Shown: piece by piece, positions 12,029 to 24,506 of the stretch
How the letters are laid out: each line of letters begins with the position of its first letter
Position numbering within the stretch: the first letter of the stretch is position 1
Assembly (NCBI GenBank): GCA_946965045.2
Contig: OX337235.1
Location: 3,720,001-3,784,000 of the forward strand
DNA: 64,000 nucleotides
Origin: Epithemia pelagica
Lineage: Eukaryota; Protista; Bacillariophyta
Reading direction: 5' to 3'
Notes under the pieces: model-generated
Told to the model about the DNA's origin: nothing
Seen by the model: the letters and a program-made list of their open reading frames with translations, nothing else
Databases searched by the model: none
Translations under genes and position numbers: made by a program

Positions 12029-13108
12029 ATGACATCACCACAAGAACAAGCATGGCAGTCGGGCCTTGTCCTGCTGGACGAGACACCAAGATGGAATGAG
12101 GATGACTGGCCTCCTCTTGTAGGTGAATGGCGTTGGCGTTATGCTACGGTCGTAGTCGATCATACGGTCGTCGTGTTGGGTGGATTTCAATATTTGCAAG
12201 GCGAGCTCAATTCCGTACTGTTATTGAATTTAGCAAATCCAAATAAGCAGTGGCGAGCAGGGCCATCCATGAGCAAGAGTCGTCGTGCACATGCTGCTGT
12301 TGTGTGCAACGGAGGCATCTACGTGATGGGAGGACTTAATGGAAAAACTCTGGATTGTATTGAACAAATTAATGCCAACGATTTCCTACAACAATCTTCT
12401 ACATCAACCAACACGCATGAGAGTCATTGGACTACTTTGAATTGTCGATTATCAACGGGACGATATGGATGTTGTGCTGTTGCGGTTCACAATCGATATA
12501 TTGTTGTAATGGGTGGATGTGATGGAGGGCCAAACTTATCATCGGTAGATATTCTTGATACCAGTGTCAACACTGTCATTGCTGGGCCAGGTATGAACTT
12601 TCCACGAATATGGTGTGGCAGTGCGGTTGTTGGCCACCGCATTTTTGTCGTTGGAGGCACCATGGCATATTTCTCGGTAGAGTATTTGGACTTTGGAAAG
12701 CCTAGTGACAATGAAGAGGGACACGGCACTTTGTCCACATTAATTTCCTCCTTGTCTGGCTGGACGATTCACTCTGATCTGGTAGTTTCCGCCTCGCTAC
12801 AGTTTTGTGCAGTGGTTACCGTTGGATCCTGTTTGGTGGTGGCGGGAGACCATCGAACTGTGGAAATCTTGGATACGCATCACAACCGAATGTGGAATCT
12901 CCCACCATTCCGCAATCGCCTTGAGAACTGCAGTATAGTGGCTGTTGCCAATCAAGTTGCCGTGATTGGTGGATGGCGTAATCGATCCTGTGCGACATTA
13001 CCACTCATGGACAAGAATACTTGGTGCTTTCGCCAACTCTGTGAGCAGCAGCCAGACGGATGGTTTCATTCTCTGGAAAGACTGGGTAACGGAGATGTTG
13101 ACTCTTAA
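12029..13108 (+). CDS. Kelch-repeat protein (divergent paralog, about 359 aa)
   Basis: Intact ORF MTSPQEQAWQSGLVLLDE... with six Kelch motifs and a shorter C-tail. First ATG at 12029 (track start 12023 is GTG). Confidence 0.88.
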   Translation: MTSPQEQAWQSGLVLLDETPRWNEDDWPPLVGEWRWRYATVVVDHTVVVLGGFQYLQGELNSVLLLNLANPNKQWRAGPSMSKSRRAHAAVVCNGGIYVMGGLNGKTLDCIEQINANDFLQQSSTSTNTHESHWTTLNCRLSTGRYGCCAVAVHNRYIVVMGGCDGGPNLSSVDILDTSVNTVIAGPGMNFPRIWCGSAVVGHRIFVVGGTMAYFSVEYLDFGKPSDNEEGHGTLSTLISSLSGWTIHSDLVVSASLQFCAVVTVGSCLVVAGDHRTVEILDTHHNRMWNLPPFRNRLENCSIVAVANQVAVIGGWRNRSCATLPLMDKNTWCFRQLCEQQPDGWFHSLERLGNGDVDS

Positions 13109-13356
13109 ACGAATGATGACCTATACATGATTGTGATTGTGACATAGGGCAGGATGGCAGTCGAAATGTACAACTGGTTGCACGGCCAAGAGGCCGGAAA
13201 CTACATGGCCATTATATATACGCTCGTACAAAACAGCGATTGTATCCATCTTGAGTTACGCTGTAAATAAAGGAACTGAATGAAAAGCTTTAAATCGCTA
13301 TACCTTTACAGGAGTGGCTTGCATTGTCGTGTCGAAACATCATTCCAGTAGATGAG

Positions 13357-14996
13357 ATGTGCAACTCGTCGTCGTCCTGGATCCAGTCTCTATGGAAACG
13401 CTACGACACGTTCTTGTTTGCCCGAACGACGACAAATGCACGTCGAATTGTGACATGGATGCGAATCGTCTATGCTCTCTTGTACTTGTACGATGGCTAC
13501 GTCTGGTCGCACGTCTACCAAGCCTACTTTCATCCCACCCATGGTTTGGTATCCTATGCCGTCGGTCGACAATCCTCCTACTTTCAAGACTATTCTCAGG
13601 ATGACTCGTCGGTCGTGGAATCCCTGTGGAACGTCTTTCAACTCGCTCCGGACAGCGAGACGTGGATTTGGATCGTGTTTGGCGTGGCCATGCTGCATGC
13701 CACCTTGTTGTTATTGGGCATTTTCCCACGCTTTCAACTCCTCGGTTTGCTTGTGCATCAAAAATCCTTGCATCATCACAATCGACACCTGTGGGATGCC
13801 CAAGATGTCATGCTCCGTCTGTGGACCTGGATGTTGCTGTTGATGCCCCACAACGACAACAGTATTACTACGATTTCTAGCTGGTTCCAGAGACGGAGGA
13901 ATTCAAACAACAACAACAGCAATAGCAACCACCAGAAGAAGAGGGACGACCAGAAGGAGGAGAAACCCACAGAGACAACCGTTCCTGCTCTAATGTTACC
14001 AACAACAACAACAAGAACTACTCGAACGTCGACAGTGCTTTGGTTCACGACGAGGACACGACGACGACGGAGCCCAACAATACCATACAGACATTGAATG
14101 AGAACGACAACGACCAAGACGAAAACCAAGACGATTCTTCCTGGTCCCTGTGGCCGTTTCGCTTGTTTCAAGTGCAACTCACCATGATTTACATTGGAGC
14201 CGGTCATGGCAAATGGGCCGGCCAGGCCTGGACCACGTCTGGCTTGGCGGTCTATTTTATGAGCCATACCTGGGATTTTTATCCCGGTCTCTAGAATCCC
14301 GACTGGCTCTTTGATCGACTGGCACCCTTGAAAGTCATGGCGTGGTTTACAGTCGTTTTGGAAGTACTGGCACCCGTCACGATTTGGATGCCCCGGTTTC
14401 GCCCCGCCACCCTCGTTCTCGTGATTTTGCTCCATGTCGGCATGGAAGTCACCTTGAATATGCACCTGTTTGAAGCCTTGACCATTCTGGGATGGTGCAG
14501 CTTTCTCGTCCAACCCGACAACGACACGACAAGGAATCCTCCTCTTCGTGTGAAAAACCAACCGCCACAACCACAAGAACCAAAAGAACCACCCGCCGAC
14601 AACAAGAACAAGAAGGCATCTTCCAACCACAACCACAAGAAGAACCGCCAGCATCGCAACAGACCACAATCCAGTATGCTGGCCCATGTGGGAGGTCATG
14701 TCGTCTTTCTGTGTTGGGCCAGTTGGATTGTCCTGGGCACCATGCCCGTGGGAGAAATCACGTACGTCTGGTCGTCGCTCTTCTCCTCCACCAACACCAG
14801 CACGGGACGACGACTCTCGACTCTGGTGGAATTCGTTAATGACATGGCCCAGCAAGGACAAGACGCTGTCTGGTACTGGACCGGTCCCATGGTGTACAGT
14901 TTGGGCTTGGAACAAATTATTTTGTCCCTCTATGGAGGAGAGGGCTCCTCGATTAATCGCATGGTGCATGCCCGCATTACACTTGCCGTCACATCC

Positions 14997-15030
<34 letters not shown>

Positions 15031-15668
15031 CTCCGCCAGACTCCTTCCACCCACCCACCACCATGGTGTTGCATTGGTACAGTCCGGATTGGTTGGCCTT
15101 GACGTGGTGGGAACGCAAACTGGCGGTTCGGGACATGAATTATTATACCAGTCTCCAGGATGGATGGGATGACATGGTATCCGCATACGATCCCGAGTTT
15201 GCATCCGAAACATTGGATCCCGGATTGCTGGCGGCCTGGTTGTCCTTGGGGCATGCCTTGATTCGACACTACAGTACCGCAGCAGCTGCGGCGGTGGTAA
15301 GTCCAAATGGTACTTGTACCGACACCGACACCAATAACAACACACCACGGTGGTCGACCGTGATTCCCTGGACCGAGCCTCCCACGATCCCGGGCCACGA
15401 CGACTCTACAAGTAGTATACGAAGACTGATGGTCCAATCCGTGGATTTGGGCTTTACCACCGACTATACCGTCCCACCCCCCGATCATGTGGGATTTTGG
15501 TCCTGGCAATCGGTCCACCAACCCATGGATGACAGTGAACCACGACGACCTGTCCTGACCTTGCAAGTGAGCTGTACGAGTGTAAGCACTACAAGGATGA
15601 GACTACAAAATGGATGGACCCCACCCACCCCGAAGCTCCTTGTACCATTGTTCCCACCTTTGTGCTGA
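13357..15668 (+). pseudogene. HTTM-domain (horizontally transferred transmembrane / vitamin-K carboxylase-like) membrane protein, disrupted
   Basis: Motifs WMRIVYALLYL, WPFRLFQVQLTMIYIGAGHGKW, LEVLAPVTIW..LLHVGME..MHLF. One frameshift near 14000-14040 and an in-frame TAG at 14292-14294 (14040 and 14328 ORFs share a frame). Confidence 0.7.
14997..15029 (+). repeat. (ACA)11 microsatellite encoding poly-Thr
   Basis: Direct reading of the sequence. Confidence 0.95.
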
Positions 15669-15794
15669 CCGACGAATATGGAGAGGACGAGGAGAAGGGA
15701 GAAGAACTGTAATGGATACGGACACAACACGCACGTATGATCTCTGTCCCTCGTTTGCCATGGCACTGGAAATTAGTATCCAAGTCGACAACTG

Positions 15795-15872
15795 CAAAAG
15801 GATGAAAGTAGCTGATGAAGCGATTTTGGCAGACAGCTGCGCAGAATCGCATACGTCAGTGGGCTCTGGTAT
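15795..15872 (+). pseudogene. Isolated fragment homologous to the 3' end of the protease gene at 36618-37736
   Basis: KRMKVADEAILADSCAESHTSVGSGI versus KRMKVADEGTLADSCAESHTSVGSGI (36681-36759, minus strand). Confidence 0.8.
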
Positions 15873-16945
15873 AATCCCTTGTCCGGATCATGTGACGTGT
15901 AACTCTCCGGCAATGCGTTCGAGGCTGTATTCTGTATTAGTGAGGGATCGAAGGACTTTATCAGCGACGACGCGGACATGTGTCGTTACTCCTATAGGAA
16001 TCAAGTCCGAGACTCTCTCGCCATCGCCACAGCGCACCGTATCGAAACTTGTGTCGTCACACTGCCACATTTGTCTCCTGACCACGGTGCATTATTGATC
16101 CCATCCGTCGAACGCATTCCTCCACGCTGAGACGTAGGATCGCCAGACGACAACGCTGATGGATCAACGATTGTCCGTGTCGTCCTTGATTCACCCGATT
16201 CGTTTTCCAGTGACAGCCATTGCAACACGAGCGATATACCAATACGACAACCAATCTCAGCCGATTATTCGTATAAACCAATGCGACTCTCGTCTTTCTC
16301 TCGAACAAAGCAGCAACGACCACCTGAAGTGCAATTGCCTGTAGTATCTTGGGAAAACACGACAACAACAACAAGTCGAATCATCACCCTCGACAAGGAG
16401 CAACGTGTACTGATAACAAAATCAAACTAGTTCCTTTCGAGACTCGCCATGTCTCCATCCACGGCCTGTGCAGTGTCATTGCTTCTCCCTCGACTCGGTA
16501 TTCATTGGGAACCAACAACCAGACAGACTATGGAGCCTTTTAATTGGATGGTTGTAACACGACACTTTACAGTACTCTACCACCCATGGCAAGTGGCATC
16601 CACAACAACCATAAAAAAGATGGAAACGCATCGCACCAATCCTGCCTTTCTGGAAGTGCCAATCTTGTTAGGTTATCAGGATTGGTTGTCTGTCTCGCCG
16701 TGAGGAGTTCGTTTCGATATCATCCAAAACCGTTACGCTATTTCGCGTGGGTTTCTCCCTTTTGTGGGACTCTTACGGTCACAATTTGTCTCGCGACGAA
16801 AGCTATACGGATCGCTCGTGTTTCTATCCATTCCTTTCTCGTAAAGTCGGCAGTCGTGTTTCCAGTCCGTTCCCATCCAAGCAGCAGCAAGCAAGCAGCA
16901 ATAGAGTCCCGATCCCCATTAATTCTGCGGTCACTATTTGGAACC

Positions 16946-18025
16946 ATGAGCATGACACTGAAGGAACAAGCATGGCAGTCGGGGCTTGTCCTTTTGGACG
17001 AGACAGCAGAATGGGATGATAAGGACTGGCCTCCTCTTGTGGGTGGATGGCGTTACGATCATGCGTCAGTCGTAGTTGATCATACGGTCGTCGTGATGGG
17101 AGGAGTAAAACAAGAAGGTATCACCAATTCCGTTCTTGTACTGAATTTGGCAGAACCAGAAAAACAGTGGCGAGAAGGGCCACCCATGAACCAGAGTCGT
17201 CGTGATTATGCCGCTGTTGTGTGCAATGGAGGCATCTACGTGATGGGAGGAAACAATCGTGGTTCAATTTTGGATTCGATCGACTGGATTGATGCCAACA
17301 ATTTGCTTCCACCATTTTCTACAACAAGCAGCACACATGAGAGTCATTGGACAACATTGAATTGTCGCCTATCAACCGGAAGATACTTATGTCGTGCGGT
17401 TGCGGTTCACAATCGATACATTGTTGTAGTGGGTGGCTACAACTGGAGGGATTTGTCGTCGGTTGAGATTATTGATACCAACAACCAAATTGTTACTGCA
17501 GGGCCATCCATGACTGTTCCACGAGCATGGTGTGCCACTGCAGTCATTGGTCGCCGCATCTTTGTTGTTGGAGGCTGCACAGAACGCTCGGTGGAGTATT
17601 GGGGCTTTCCCAAGCCTTGCTACAATGAGGAGAACAAAGACAAGACTTTGGCTACTGTCATTTCTTCCTTGTCTGGCTGGACGACTCAGTCTGATTTGCT
17701 GCTTTCCATCCAACCATATGATTCGGTTGCAATGGTAGCCGTGGGATCTTGTTTCGTTGTGGTGAACTTTTCAACTCCTGATGTGGAAATCTTGGATACG
17801 AACCGTAATCGCATGTGGAATTTCCCACCCTTTGGAAATAGCCTTGCATACTGCAGAATGGTTAATGTTGTCAATCAAATTGCCGTGATTGGTGGATTGA
17901 ACAATTCTGCCTGTGCGACATTCCCACTAATGGACAAGCATACGTGGTGCTTTCGTCGACTCTGTGAGCAGCAGCCCAGTGGATGGTATCCTTCTCTGGG
18001 AAAGAATGGGTATCCGAGATGCTGA
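16946..18025 (+). CDS. Kelch-repeat protein (359 aa)
   Basis: ATG at 16946 (MSMTLKEQAWQSG) matches the paralog starts. Intact with six Kelch motifs. The upstream ORF extension reads through the conserved upstream block. Confidence 0.88.
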   Translation: MSMTLKEQAWQSGLVLLDETAEWDDKDWPPLVGGWRYDHASVVVDHTVVVMGGVKQEGITNSVLVLNLAEPEKQWREGPPMNQSRRDYAAVVCNGGIYVMGGNNRGSILDSIDWIDANNLLPPFSTTSSTHESHWTTLNCRLSTGRYLCRAVAVHNRYIVVVGGYNWRDLSSVEIIDTNNQIVTAGPSMTVPRAWCATAVIGRRIFVVGGCTERSVEYWGFPKPCYNEENKDKTLATVISSLSGWTTQSDLLLSIQPYDSVAMVAVGSCFVVVNFSTPDVEILDTNRNRMWNFPPFGNSLAYCRMVNVVNQIAVIGGLNNSACATFPLMDKHTWCFRRLCEQQPSGWYPSLGKNGYPRC

Positions 18026-19359
18026 TACAATACGCTACACCGTCACTTCGACATCAACATCTGAATTTGCTGCGAAGACGTGCAGTGGTGAAAAAGGTAA
18101 GAATGAAACTTGAATGGGCAGCATGTTCCATGTATGTCCTACAATGACGAAACTATACTACCTACTATTATAGTCATTTCGTTCTCGATAAGTTGAATTG
18201 TTTTCTGCATGACTTTGTTATTTGAGATATGTTGTACATACATCCTTTTGCACTAGCCGAAAATGAAATCTTGTAATACAGTGTGCGCCATGACACTGCT
18301 GTCCTCCGCAAACTCGCAGAGTGATAGATCCACCGACGAGGACTGGAACATTGATGTGATGCCATCCCACCACTCTTGGGTGGTTGGCCGGACGAAAACC
18401 GAGTCACAGAACAGTGGTGGTTTGTGCGGTTGTCTGTGAGGGTGTCGTATCACCACACAACCCTTATGCATTGTTGTAGTTGTTGGTCTTGTAATGATGA
18501 CTCGTCGTGGCTCGTTCCTCCTTCTTGCTGTCAATGTACTTGGCGTCCAGACTGACATGCGGTGCCACAAAACAAAGAGATTTTTCAGGTTGTGCTTTTT
18601 GTGGTTGATACTGGTCATTCTCAGCAAGAAATCTTGATCGGGTAGCATGTCATCAACGTAGTATTCTTGTTCATGTTTGTAACACTAGACCTATGGTGCG
18701 AATAGAAAGCCAACGTACGAAACCCAGCTTGTTGCGATGAAAGTTGTCGGTTGGTTGGGCCGTTCTTGTTTTGTCCAGTGTGACAACGACGTCGTTGTTG
18801 GAATTGTGATATGTCGGTCCATCGTGGTTTCGTTCTTGGCTAGAGCTGTTCGTACGACTCGTTTTGGTTGCGGGTCATCCTATGGCGATTTGGTGATTGG
18901 CTGCAACGACCAAGAAAGAAAAAGAAGTTCGACGATACTCGATCGTAGGAGTACTTCCCATCCACTACTACTCTCCAACGCTGGAAAAAGACAAATCTCC
19001 ATACCGTCCTCCGTGGGAGTCGTGGAATTCTCGTCAGGGTAGAATAAAGACAAATGTTGCGTCTGAGTGGTCCTTTTGTCTTGTCCGAGTGGGAAGGTGA
19101 CGACAGATCCAGAATGGTGGCTAGTGAATGGGAAGTGGCCTCCGTACAACTTTGACAGCGGTCCCAATTGACAAGCATAGTACATGTCGCAAAAAGTCAT
19201 GATTGATAGTGTGGTACGTCGTCTAGAACCAAACGGTTGTCTGGGTGACTGGAGTTGTGGCAATGAATTCCAAACGATTCCATCGTAAAGACGCAACCAA
19301 CAATGAGTCACGACAACACCAAAAGTAAAGTAAAGCAAAGCAAATCAGAGCAGACAATG

Positions 19360-19526
19360 TGAAAAGAGGGTTTGGTTTGTAAAATTATGACTAGTATATC
19401 GGTTTAGATCGGTAGGTCCTAATACGTAAGTGGAAATGGGTGAGGGTACGTCATTCGATTGCGACGCTGGCCTTGAACCTATGGATCGTCCCTTTGGGGT
19501 CTCCATTAGGTCGCACTGTCCTTTCA
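19360..19526 (-). repeat. 3' LTR of copia A
   Basis: Direct repeat of 26287-26453. Confidence 0.95.
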
Positions 19527-19606
19527 CTCCCTCTCAGAGGAGCAATCGGATGAGAGATAATATGTAATGAGATGGATTGTGGGATGGAAATGAAATGGTG
19601 AAGGCC

Positions 19607-22600
19607 TTACCAACCACAAAGGAGCTTCCGGATGTGCTCGAAAGTGGTTTGGGTCAATCCTTTGGTTAAAATATCCGCGCGTTGTTCCGTCGTTGCCACT
19701 TTGACAACGGTTAGGCGCTCATTTAGATGGGATCGGAACCAATGGGTTTTCACAGCATAATATTTTGATCTGGGCGTGATTCGACCTGGTTCCATATTTG
19801 CAGGGGTTAACGCTCCAGCGTTGTCTTCCCATACGGTAGTCTTGAATGTTGTGGTATAGTCGTCACTTAATCCCACTCCTTTTGCGACATGGGTCAGGAG
19901 TTCTCGTAGGGGAAGGACCGACTTCAAAGCTTCGCTTAGCGCGTTGTATTCGGCTTCCATTGTACTCAGGGCAATGGATGTTTGGAGTTTGCTCGTCCAT
20001 ATGACTGGGCAATTTGCAATGCATATAGCGTAGCCTGTACGGCTCTTGACACTGGTAGGGTCATTCTTTTCTTCGTACGGCCATAATCCGGCAAAGTCTG
20101 CATCGACGTAGCAGTCGACGTCGAGTTCTTGGCTCGGCTTCAAGATCAATCCTTGGTCTTGGGTGTGTTTCAGATACTGTCCAATCTTCTCGACTGCTCG
20201 TTCGTGTGAACGCTTCGGGTTGTGGACGAACCGGGCACATTGGCTCACGGCATACGTTAAATCAGGGCGACTGTGCGCATGAAGGTACTGGAGCATCCCG
20301 ATCACGCTAGCGTAATTGTAGCAGCCTTGTGGGGGATCTCCTTCTTTGTCTTCTACAAGGGGCTCTGATAATGCAGGTGTACAACTGCGTTCCAAGTCAC
20401 CAACTTGTAGGGCTTCCAATATACGTTTGATCAGACCTTGTTGGATCAGTTTGATAGTTCCTTGGGTATTGTCTTGTTCAATGTGAACGCCCAAGAATCC
20501 TGCTACGCTGTCTTCAACGTCGAGTTCAGCGTGTTCTTCTTTCTTTAATCGTTCGAGCACCTCGTCGATATATTCCCGCTTCGGACTGTAGAAGAGTGTG
20601 TCGTCCACGTACACTACCGCAATGACCTTGCCCGACATAAATAGGCAGGGATCAACGGATTCTTGAGACACAAAGCCCACTCTATCTAACTGGCCCTTGA
20701 AGTGTTGGAAGAAGTTCCGTGGGGCCTGTTTGAGTCCGTACAGAGAACGATTCAATTTGAGTACTCATCCGTCTTGGCCGAATCCTCTTGGCATCTCGAC
20801 GTAGACACCGCTCTTCTGTCGCTCTTCTCGAGTCATCGAGTCCCACTTGGGATCACGATCAATTGGGGCGTGAAGGAACGCCGCGGTATAGTCTATCTGC
20901 ACCGTTGCAAGGTTCAATATAATGGACAGGATAAGCATTAGGCGTACCGTTGTCCAATTGACCACAGGGGCAAAAGTATCGAAGAAATCAATCCCTTCGA
21001 CTTGATAGTCACCTCGTGCACAAAACCGTGCTTTGAGTTTCTTCACTGAGCCGTCGGGGTATTGCTTCCGTTTGAACGCCCATGTAGATGGGATCACGTT
21101 CATCCATGGTTGCCTTTCCACCACTGTCCAGGCCTTCATTAGTCGGTAAAGGGTGTCGATTTCCTTTTTGCAAGCTTCCATGAAGCCAGTGGCATCTGGG
21201 CCGCTCATGGCTTCATTCCAACGAGGGTTATCCGCTGCGTCCGCTTTTGTTACTAGCATCATAGGGTGCATAGCTTCCACCGTGTTCGTCAGGTAGTCCG
21301 TGTTGAGTGCCAGTAGACGGTTCATTAAGGTTGAGGTTGATGATCGTAACTCATTCACGGTTGAGGTCCAATTGAGTCCTGCCAGGAATGCATCGTTGGC
21401 CGAGTCACGTTTCACCTTTTGCTTGGAATAGGAATCGCGGTTGAAGCATGCGAGTGATGCCCACCGTGATTGCGAGAAGCTGGCATACTTGGGGTTTGGC
21501 TTGCGCTGTCGCTTCCCACGACCAAAAGTCATCTCGTCTGGCGGTTGTAGGTGCTGTGAACGCCGTTCTCTTTCTTGCTCTCTTCTCACGGATTCTTCCT
21601 CATCCGCATCGAAGATCACAACTTCGTCGGCTGAGTCCATCGTCGTGTTGTTGTCGCCGTTGCCGTCCCATACTCCATCCATTTGCCAATGGGGCAGTTC
21701 GTTGTTGTCGTTTGGATAGTCTTGTTCGTTCGCATCGTTGTGTTCGTTGTGCTCTGGCGCGTTGGGGTCCACTTGGTCCAAGGGAAAGTGATGGGGAAAA
21801 AGAGCAGCATCATCCACATCCACGTCCGTACCGTCTCCTTCTGGAACCAAAGGTGCCGGAGCTCCCTCTGGAGGCAAGGGCGGTGTTGGAGGCAAAGCAG
21901 GGGGCAAAGGTAAGGCATTGACCCTTTCGGCGTCGTTCCGTTGGCGCTGGAGGGCATCCAGCTCGTCGTTCGTCATCCAATCATGATGTAGGGGCGGAGG
22001 AACGGGTTCATCGGCATAGTCACCATCATCCAGCCGTTCTAGGCCACTGGCAACGAGTTGGTCCCAAAAGGACCCATGGAACACATCGGGTTGGAGGGCT
22101 CCTCCAGTCTCGGCATTAGGCACGCTACTGAACAAGTCGTCGTAGACGACGTGATACTGGGGACTCACGTATCCCGTAGCAATGTTGAGAATCAGGCCCA
22201 CGGTGCTTGAATGGGAGGGTGATACTCCCAAGTACTGACCACGACGAGCGCGAGGGGCCCATTTAGGCAGTTTTTTGCCATCTTGAAGGGCAGGGTCTAG
22301 GACATAGACCGGGCAACCCCAAACGTGACTGCGGTGCAAGTGATGTAAGGTAGGGAACGTCAGTTCCAGTAAAAACTTCCAATGGGGCAATGTGTGTTAA
22401 TCGCTTGGGGAGATGATTCCAAAGCCATACTGCATGTTGTAGGGCAAACGGCCAAAGGCTTAAATCGTGGGCATGTTCCGGCCAATGCAGCACGGCATGC
22501 AGCATCATCGTACGGGCCCAGGACGTTACGGTGCGAATACTGCGCTCGGCAACACCATTCTGGTGATGTGCCCCAACTCCGGAGAACGACATAGTCTGAC

Positions 22601-24506
22601 CGGCCTCTTTAATCGCAGCAACAAAGTCCTTGTTCCCAAACGGCTTGTTATCGGCGAGATATGATTTGATTGTTATGCCCTGTTCTTGGGCGAACTGTTC
22701 GAACTGCAGTTTGGCTTGGAGAGTCTCACCGGTATTGAGAGACACCTGGTGGACACAGTAGATAAGCCCTGAGGCATGATCTACGAAAAGAGTACCGCCC
22801 GTGAATTGATCCTTCTTCGGTTCTCTGCCACGGGTGTTCGGAAGACGACCAGTCAAAGGAGATTGATACTGGTCAATGCTGACACAGTCGCCGGGTTTGA
22901 CGTTGTCTGACTTCGTGACCATGTGACGATTTTCTTTGGTTCCCGTGTGCTGTGTGTTAGCACCACGGCGACGCTGTTTCCCGAGTCGACATGCTGTACA
23001 ATGCAAGTTGTCAATTGGACACGACGACGTTTGGTTTTCACGCGTATGCAGGACGCGACGTCGTTCCGTCCGCGGATTCCGACACAACTCTTGGATCCAT
23101 GTAAAATTAGCATGGCCCAATTTCCAGTGCCATTTAAGTAGCTCACGTTGTGCTGCGGTAATGTTCTGGTTGGCTTCATCTGCCACGGACAGAAACGCCT
23201 TCGACTCGTCCAACTCCATCTCGTCCTCGAAAGACAACCCCATTTGAACCTGGTGGCTTGTGAGCATCAATGGCAGGTTGCTCTGCCCATTGAACGGAAA
23301 CTCGAGGTCACTTCCATCATGGAGGATCAATTTACAGCGGTTGTGGTTAACCAACAATTCACCGGACGATCGTTCTTGAAAATACGATTGTGGACTAAAG
23401 AGGCGGATTTGTGCGGCTGGCACATAATAGGCCTTGGTACGGATGGTGCGGGCGACACCAAACACGTCTCGTATCGTCCATCTGGCCATGCCGACACCAA
23501 CAACGGTGGTTGAACTCGACAACCCATTCAATTCCGTTGTGTCGCAAGGCTTGATCGGTCCGTCAAAGTCTTCCAGTTTCGGGGTCAAGGACGAGGAGGC
23601 ACCTGTATCGATCACGACGGGCAAATCTGCCTCCTTGGATGAGTTGAGATACACTGACATTCGATGGTGTAGTGTCTCTTGATGATACTCGTCGTCTCCC
23701 AATAGCTTGGCAGCGGCAATCATAGCGTTTTGCATCTCGACGGCCATAACCTTCTTCTTCTGTTGGAACAGACTAGGTCCGAGTTCCCGCAACGCGAAGT
23801 ATTGCGCTAGCGGATCAGGAGGTTTTTGCTTCGACGGACATGCGATTGCTTCCACTAGCTCATCCATCGTGCCAAAGTAGGAAGAAAGCCGTCCCTTCGG
23901 TAGCTTCTATCGGTCAGGTCCGGTTAGCGAATCTTGTTGGCTTGGGATCGTCCATGATCCCGGGAGATAAACGCCATGGTCGCTGGTATCGTATTCAGCG
24001 TCGTTTGTTTGCTTTTCGCGGCGAGAAGATCCCTTGGGCTTTGTTGATCGTTGAGGCTTAATTCGACGTCGGCGTTGAGGCAGACGGGTTAAGGTATAGG
24101 GCGTCCGTCCACGATCGACGGTACCAGCCCATGTAACGGTCGTGTTGGTCACGGTGTGAAACATCATGAGGGCAGTAGTAAACCGACGCCGGGCGATGTA
24201 CGTCTTGGTCTTGTAGCGACGGTGGACTTGCACGGGCAAATTAGGGAAGGCAAAAAGGTGACGCCAACCCAGTCCTCCCTCTCGCGAGCAGGACGCAACG
24301 GACAAGAACAAGATCAAGATCAAAAGGGGGACGAAGTAAAAAGAAAGATTTATCCAGGCACACAGGGTGCGGAAGGAACACAAAAAAACCACTAAGGTAG
24401 GCAACAACCAACCAAAGGGCAATGGAGCCCAGGTATCCCTCCTGGGATTGGTAGTTTGGAAGAAAGGGTGGCCTGTACCGACAGAGAGAAGTCGGCGGCC
24501 ACACCA
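19607..24506 (-). pseudogene. pol: pol of copia A (hydrophobic linker, protease, integrase, RT, RNase H)
   Basis: VIDTGAS protease, DCVSIDQ/ADN/NGVAERSIR integrase, YVDD, YVDADFAG. Lesions: TAG 23907-23909, frameshift about 22370, TGA 20765-20767. Confidence 0.9.

Noticed and set aside
13776-15566. 596-aa minus-strand ORF with poly-Cys
   Set aside because: Antisense shadow of the HTTM gene; poly-Cys is the ACA microsatellite.
16544-16945. N-terminal extension of the 493-aa Kelch ORF
   Set aside because: The same upstream block is frameshifted in other copies, so it is unlikely to be coding.
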